From positions 1-58,190 of IMG/VR virus record IMGVR_UViG_3300042934_000137: a DNA stretch of 58,190 nt; one strand, 5' to 3'. The position numbers were made by a program, and so were the translations under genes. Under the pieces are notes generated by a model. It searched no databases. It worked only from the letters and a program-made list of their open reading frames with translations, and was not told the DNA's origin. Positions 54,053 through 58,190 of this stretch are shown here, piece by piece. This stretch comes from a virus (Duplodnaviria; Caudoviricetes). How positions within the stretch are numbered: the stretch's first letter is position 1; each line of letters starts with the position of its first letter.

Positions 54053-54289
54053 TTAGTTGTCGATGGGGTCGAGATGTTTGAGTTTTTCGATGCCAACAAG
54101 CATGTCGTTGGTCAGATCTTGGGTTTTCTTCCGAAGGCGTTCCACTCGCCGGTTGTGTCGCTCCTTAGCGGCGAAGACCTTTCGAACCTGATATGTGTTC
54201 CAGACGATACGAAACGCCATCTTCAGGTTGCCGTTCTTGGCGAAACATTTAGCAAGCATCTTTGCTCGCGCCAGCTGCGATTCATCCAT
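54053..54289 (-). CDS. Hypothetical protein
   Basis: 78 aa, basic and helical. Confidence 0.6.
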   Translation of the reverse strand: MDESQLARAKMLAKCFAKNGNLKMAFRIVWNTYQVRKVFAAKERHNRRVERLRKKTQDLTNDMLVGIEKLKHLDPIDN

Positions 54290-54298
54290 CGTTAACCC

Positions 54299-54535
54299 CT
54301 ACTTGCAGATTCGCTTGATGATCTGGTAGGCAGCCATGACGCCACCAACGGTAAGTGCGGTGTGAGTGATGAAGTCCTTGGCCACCTCAGAATATGCCGC
54401 CAGGACTTCGACCCCCTCGAAAGGATCGTAGTTCTTGTCGTCTTCGTCGATGGTTGGTGCGTTCGGGTTGTCAACGAGCGAGACGTTGACCGCGTGCTTC
54501 TGGACATACTTCTTGACGCGGTTGCGCATGAACAT
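54299..54535 (-). CDS. Small protein with C-terminal hydrophobic helix
   Basis: Start MFMRNRVKK; AAAGGA RBS. Confidence 0.65.
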   Translation of the reverse strand: MFMRNRVKKYVQKHAVNVSLVDNPNAPTIDEDDKNYDPFEGVEVLAAYSEVAKDFITHTALTVGGVMAAYQIIKRICK

Positions 54536-54722
54536 GTAATCGATTCCTTTCGAGGATGAATATATGGAGAGGGGTGTGGGGCACAATGACTCGTTACGTC
54601 TTATAGAAATAAGCAGTAACCATCGGCTGTCGTTTTGTGAACCAGCATCCGGGTAAGCGGGTGGCGAAGACCCCTCAAACACCACCCAACTTGCTGGAAC
54701 CCCCACACTAACTCATTGCGGA

Positions 54723-55319
54723 TCAGACCCCAGGCGCGGGCTGCTGAGAGTTGACCCGCTTCAGCATGGCAGCGGCCATCTCCTCCTTGGGCATGGCCAT
54801 CAGCTCCGTCTTGGTTGGAAATCGGTTCTCCCGAATCCACGCCGGACGGTTGTCCTCCTCGGTCGCCGGCGTTCCGGTGTTGTTGAACTGGCTCTTTGGG
54901 TCCTGACCCGGAGTCGCCACCGTCGTACCGGTGAAGTCCATCTGCTTCGCCCAGTCCGCGGGAACGATCGACCGGAAGAACGCGGCGCCGGCCTCGGCGT
55001 CGGTCACCAGGCTCATGAAGAAGGCGGAATATGCCTCCGTCTGCATGAAGTCGTTCGCGACCTCCTCGGTACGGACGAACCGCTTGCCGTCCCGCTTGCC
55101 GACCGACTTGGCGATCATGTCCTTGAAGAACTTGATGATCACCTTCGCGTCCTTGGTGGCGAAGAGCTCCTTGACCCGCTTCTCGAGGGCGCCTTCGTCC
55201 AGGGTACCGCCGAACTCCATCTGCATCTCGACGACGTCAGCCTTGGTGAGGTGGAAGTGCCAGTCCTCCTCCTGCTGCTCACCGTCGAAGTCCGTGTACT
55301 TGATGGTCTGCTTGAGCAC
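54723..55319 (-). CDS. Hypothetical protein, probably highly expressed
   Basis: MLKQTIKYTDFDG...FHLTKAD; strong GC3 bias. Confidence 0.8.
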   Translation of the reverse strand: MLKQTIKYTDFDGEQQEEDWHFHLTKADVVEMQMEFGGTLDEGALEKRVKELFATKDAKVIIKFFKDMIAKSVGKRDGKRFVRTEEVANDFMQTEAYSAFFMSLVTDAEAGAAFFRSIVPADWAKQMDFTGTTVATPGQDPKSQFNNTGTPATEEDNRPAWIRENRFPTKTELMAMPKEEMAAAMLKRVNSQQPAPGV

Positions 55320-55403
55320 TGTTTCGTTTACCTTTCAAGGGGTTGGTTTAGCTGAATATGTCTATCCGAATTGCCATGGACCGCGGAGAGCCGCGTTAGA
55401 TCT

Positions 55404-56183
55404 TCAACGGTGTCCGTGCCAATATCCCCGGAACGGCCTGACGTTGAAACGGAAGGCGAGACATGGCTTCTGGTCGTCGGACAAGACCGCCGAGAACTCA
55501 AGCTCGAGTTGGTTGCTGTCTGCCGTCCATCCGACCTCGTCCGAACCCTCCGTTCCTCGAAGACCGATACGGTTGTAGAAGTCCGTAAGCGAAGCGTAGC
55601 TGTCGCCGAGGATCTGGTAGTTCGTGTCGTTCTGAGCCTTTCTTAGGGCCTCCATGTTGCTCAGGAAATAACGCCCGCTATACAGGTCGTAGCAGAGGTG
55701 GTCGCCTCCGCCGGTGACGATGACCTGCGTGCTGCTCGGTGGATTAGCGTTGACCCGGTCCTGCGCGATCTCGTCCTGAATATCGCGCTCCTTGTTCTCG
55801 CCGATCTTCTCCTTGACCTTCTCCTTGTACTCGGAGAAGAGTCGGTCCCCCACAGAAACAGCGGTAGCCAGAGCCGCGGCACGCTTGTCGCTGATTCGGT
55901 TAGACGAGATCATCGAGACGATCGTCAGGGCACCCAGACCTGCCGCCGGAATATAGAGCCTCCAGCAGATCTGAACCTTCTCCTTGGGTTCGAGAGGACG
56001 AGACTTCTCGTTCAGGTCGAGCCGAACCTGTGCGTCAGTGAGAAGCTCAGCGGCCCGGAATGAAGCCTTCGCCGTCAGATATGCCGTACCGACGACGCCA
56101 GCAACGCTGACCCCCGTGAGGATTGCTGGAGCATTGTCCGCGGCGAACTTCTTGGCCTGGTTGAGGATGTCAGCGACCGTCAT
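55404..56183 (-). CDS. DUF6353-like protein (paralog of 51967-52863)
   Basis: NAPAILTG..V.G...TAYL..KA...YIPA...YD.YSGRYF...GW. Confidence 0.75.
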   Translation of the reverse strand: MTVADILNQAKKFAADNAPAILTGVSVAGVVGTAYLTAKASFRAAELLTDAQVRLDLNEKSRPLEPKEKVQICWRLYIPAAGLGALTIVSMISSNRISDKRAAALATAVSVGDRLFSEYKEKVKEKIGENKERDIQDEIAQDRVNANPPSSTQVIVTGGGDHLCYDLYSGRYFLSNMEALRKAQNDTNYQILGDSYASLTDFYNRIGLRGTEGSDEVGWTADSNQLELEFSAVLSDDQKPCLAFRFNVRPFRGYWHGHR

Positions 56184-56382
56184 GTGTGGTCCCCCAAATA
56201 TAGTCGTTCGTGTTGTAGATCTTCATCTGTCGATCCTGCATCTCAGCGCGCTTGCGGTCCTGGTAGTTGAACAGGGTCTTGAGTCCCCAGGCGCTGAAGA
56301 GCCAGACAAGTCCAATGGCGACGAATCCGACGATGATCAGCAGAAGAAACTCACGCAAGGTCTCGAGCTCAGCGATAGTCAT
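56170..56382 (-). CDS. Small membrane protein
   Basis: One TM helix; AAAGGAG RBS. Confidence 0.65.
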   Translation of the reverse strand: MTIAELETLREFLLLIIVGFVAIGLVWLFSAWGLKTLFNYQDRKRAEMQDRQMKIYNTNDYIWGTTHDGR

Positions 56383-56656
56383 CGTGGATCATCTCCTTTG
56401 CTCCGGTGAAGAACTCCATGGTCTTGTCGTCGTTCGGCTTTGCCTTAACGATCCCGACCGAGTACTGGCAGTCGAATCGATGCGTTTGTGCCTGACGCTC
56501 CTTCTTGTTGCGAAGTCGGTCGCGCTTGATGTCCTTGGTGAAATCGATAGCCAAGGCGATAATGATGGTTCCCGAGAAGAGACCGGACACGAAGAGCATG
56601 CCCCAAAGCGTGATCTTGAAGATCTCAAGCATGGTGGCGAGGTCGAGCTTTTCCAT
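56369..56656 (-). CDS. Small membrane protein
   Basis: TM helix ITLWGMLFVSGLFSGTIIIALAI. Confidence 0.65.
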   Translation of the reverse strand: MEKLDLATMLEIFKITLWGMLFVSGLFSGTIIIALAIDFTKDIKRDRLRNKKERQAQTHRFDCQYSVGIVKAKPNDDKTMEFFTGAKEMIHDDYR

Positions 56657-56670
56657 GAATATAATGCCTT

Positions 56671-57015
56671 TCAGGCAACGCAGAGGGAGCTGGTCGGGAT
56701 GTTCTTTCGGGCCTTCTGACCCAACTCGTAGAGGATCTCGAACGCGAGGATTCGGGCCATCATCTGGCGCTCCATCTCCTCGCCCCAGATCGCTCCGACT
56801 GGACGAGTTTCGTAGGTGTCGTAGTTACCGCCGTAGTTCTTGACGACGGGGATGATCTGGGTGTCATCGGAGATGTCGACGGGGGAGGCCTTGTACCCCT
56901 TGTACTCGTATGTCACCTCACCCTGACTCGGGAGCAGGAGGACCACGATACCGGCGATGATCAGGGCCGGGTAAACCAGGGAGAGCATGAACGGGTGGAT
57001 GAAAATGGCGAGCAT
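56671..57015 (-). CDS. Membrane protein
   Basis: N-terminal TM helix; AAAGGA RBS. Confidence 0.65.
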   Translation of the reverse strand: MLAIFIHPFMLSLVYPALIIAGIVVLLLPSQGEVTYEYKGYKASPVDISDDTQIIPVVKNYGGNYDTYETRPVGAIWGEEMERQMMARILAFEILYELGQKARKNIPTSSLCVA

Positions 57016-57060
57016 CGTGGTATTCCTTTACAGGGTGAGGGGGGTTTACAAATATATAGG

Positions 57061-57411
57061 TCAGGCGAGAGCGTTGAGCTCAGCTTCGATCTTGTCGACC
57101 GCGGTCTGGAAAACAGGGGGAAGGGTCGGACCGTTGCGCTTGAAGTGAAGAACCATTCGCATCACAGCCATCGACTCATCACGAGTGAGGTTCATGAAGG
57201 GGGCGTGATGCTTGTCAACGAGTTGTAGTGACAGATCTGCCACGGAAGCCATCGAGGCCAACTCTTCGAGTGAGGGGGCTCGTCGATCTCCTCGAAAATC
57301 GCGCCAACGAGATTCAGTGATTCGAGACTGGTTGGCGAACTGCCTGTTGTCGAGCTGCTTCCGCTGACGTCTGTCATCAAGCTTCTGAATAAGCCTCTTT
57401 GCGCTGATCAT
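57061..57411 (-). CDS. XRE-HTH-like protein
   Basis: RQFANQSRITESRWRDF.G.RRAPSLEEL resembles an XRE-type HTH. Confidence 0.5.
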   Translation of the reverse strand: MISAKRLIQKLDDRRQRKQLDNRQFANQSRITESRWRDFRGDRRAPSLEELASMASVADLSLQLVDKHHAPFMNLTRDESMAVMRMVLHFKRNGPTLPPVFQTAVDKIEAELNALA

Positions 57412-57444
57412 TTGGAGGGGTCTCCTGGGGGATATAGAGAAACA

Positions 57445-57480
57445 GAAACCTAAAACCCGTGTGGGGTCTTAGGCGTTGAG
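57445..57480 (-). terminator. Cassette-family hairpin
   Basis: CCTAAGACCC-CACAC-GGGTTTTAGG-TTTC. Confidence 0.7.
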
Positions 57481-57495
57481 GTATTGTCGGGGGTA

Positions 57496-57672
57496 TCAGT
57501 TCTCGGTGTTGGCGTTGGCCTTCTTCTCGTAGAGCTTCACAGCGATGACAACAGCAGTGGTCACGGCAGCGGGAATGACGATCTTCGTCACTACCAGCTT
57601 CCGGAGCAGCTTGCGGCTGGCGGCGTTGAGCTCGGCGGGGGTCATGTTGGCGGTCGCGTCGGCGAGGTTCAT
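57496..57672 (-). CDS. 58-aa cassette protein with one hydrophobic helix
   Basis: MNLADATAN...KIVIPAAVTTAVVIAVKLYEKK...TEN. Confidence 0.75.
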   Translation of the reverse strand: MNLADATANMTPAELNAASRKLLRKLVVTKIVIPAAVTTAVVIAVKLYEKKANANTEN

Positions 57673-57690
57673 GATGTGCTCCTTCATATA

Positions 57691-57722
57691 GGGTCTCACT
57701 ATAGGATGTGTAATTTCTGCGA
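57691..57722 (-). promoter_or_regulatory. Conserved 32-bp promoter motif
   Basis: TCGCA-GAAAT-TACAC-ATCC-TATAGT-GAGACCC. Confidence 0.8.
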
Positions 57723-57725
57723 CCC

Positions 57726-57917
57726 CTAGCGGTTCTTGAGCTTCGCAGCAACCTGCTTTGCGTAGGCGCGGGACCCGGCGTTGTGTCCGACAGCATCGAC
57801 CAACTTGGCGGTCGCGGTGATCAGTGCTGCCGTGGCCATGATGACTACAACCGGGTTCTCCTCAGCGGCGGTCTTGAGGTTCTGGACGAAGCGCGAGTTC
57901 TTGATCTTCCACAACAC
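57726..57917 (-). CDS. 63-aa protein with hydrophobic helix
   Basis: GTG-LWKIKN...ENPVVVIMATAALITATAKL. Confidence 0.65.
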   Translation of the reverse strand: MLWKIKNSRFVQNLKTAAEENPVVVIMATAALITATAKLVDAVGHNAGSRAYAKQVAAKLKNR

Positions 57918-57969
57918 GAATATACCCTCTTTCAAAGTAGAAACTTAAAGCCTTTGTGAGGCTAAAATT

Positions 57970-58089
57970 TGAGAGGATGTAACAGCCCAACTAAAACTGT
58001 TCATTAACTAGCTATCTCCATTGCTAGCACTCCGGGCAGGTAACGATCCTGCACATTAGTGTCTCGGAATCCTTTCGGATATCCTCTCA
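57970..58089 (-). ncRNA. Candidate structured small RNA (~120 nt) in its own promoter-hairpin cassette
   Basis: 5' and 3' ends pair (UGAGAGGAU / AUCCUCUCA); internal stems include a GAAA tetraloop; G-U pairs work only on the minus strand. Confidence 0.55.
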
Positions 58090-58190
58090 TTATAGGGTGT
58101 GTAATTCTTGCGAGACCGAAACCTAAAGCCCGTGTGGGCTTAGGTTGATGAGGGGTTTGATGGGGGGGGTCAGTTGTTCTCGTTGTCCGA
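58044..58190. repeat. Terminal direct repeat / circular assembly overlap (right copy)
   Basis: Matches 1-148. Confidence 0.95.

Noticed and set aside
57061-57411. Immunity repressor / temperate lifestyle
   Set aside because: Only a weak XRE-like resemblance, co-oriented with early genes; no integrase, parAB or divergent switch in the genome
57970-58089. Hammerhead ribozyme
   Set aside because: No CUGANGA core in the required arrangement with GAAA and NUH
39-58113. Repeated motifs as a CRISPR array or integron attC array
   Set aside because: Repeats are degenerate and dispersed, and are separated by whole RBS-bearing genes rather than 30-40-nt spacers; no cas operon or tyrosine integrase is present

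Overview
This window is essentially one complete, circularly permuted siphophage genome of about 58.04 kb: positions 1-148 recur at 58044-58190 with one G fewer. All credible genes lie on the minus strand. The host is probably an actinomycete (GC-rich coding, a WhiB4/WblA-like gene). No integrase or repressor is visible, so it is probably lytic. Gene content and order resemble, from my recollection, the Lactococcus 1706 / Rhodococcus ReqiPepy6-like group. Reading the minus strand from the likely cos end near 27125: head fiber, putative small terminase, HNH, dcd, thyX, endolysin, adaptor, large terminase, portal, fused protease-major capsid protein, tail genes and holins (27.0 kb down to 0.45 kb). 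Then come small accessory genes, DUF6353-like paralogs, a 1295-aa helicase-primase-PolB fusion, WhiB, SSB, tmk, an SF2 helicase, nucleases and an 898-aa DFDGD-type single-chain RNA polymerase (58 kb down to 27.2 kb). Three features stand out. (1) A recurring [LIA]-x-H signal occurs 7 times in the protease-capsid linker. It also opens an H[YF]GVKGMKWG tag on a GNAT, a zincin, a 2H phosphoesterase and basic proteins, with a variant on the RNAP. This suggests a capsid-loading and protease-release system for injected effectors. (2) Ten copies of a 32-bp tripartite promoter (TCGCR-N5-TACAY-N4-TATART-GAGACCC) and a conserved hairpin family package small genes into single-gene cassettes. (3) One such cassette holds a structured RNA of about 120 nt instead of a gene. 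All functions were assigned by eye from motifs; no database searches were run.
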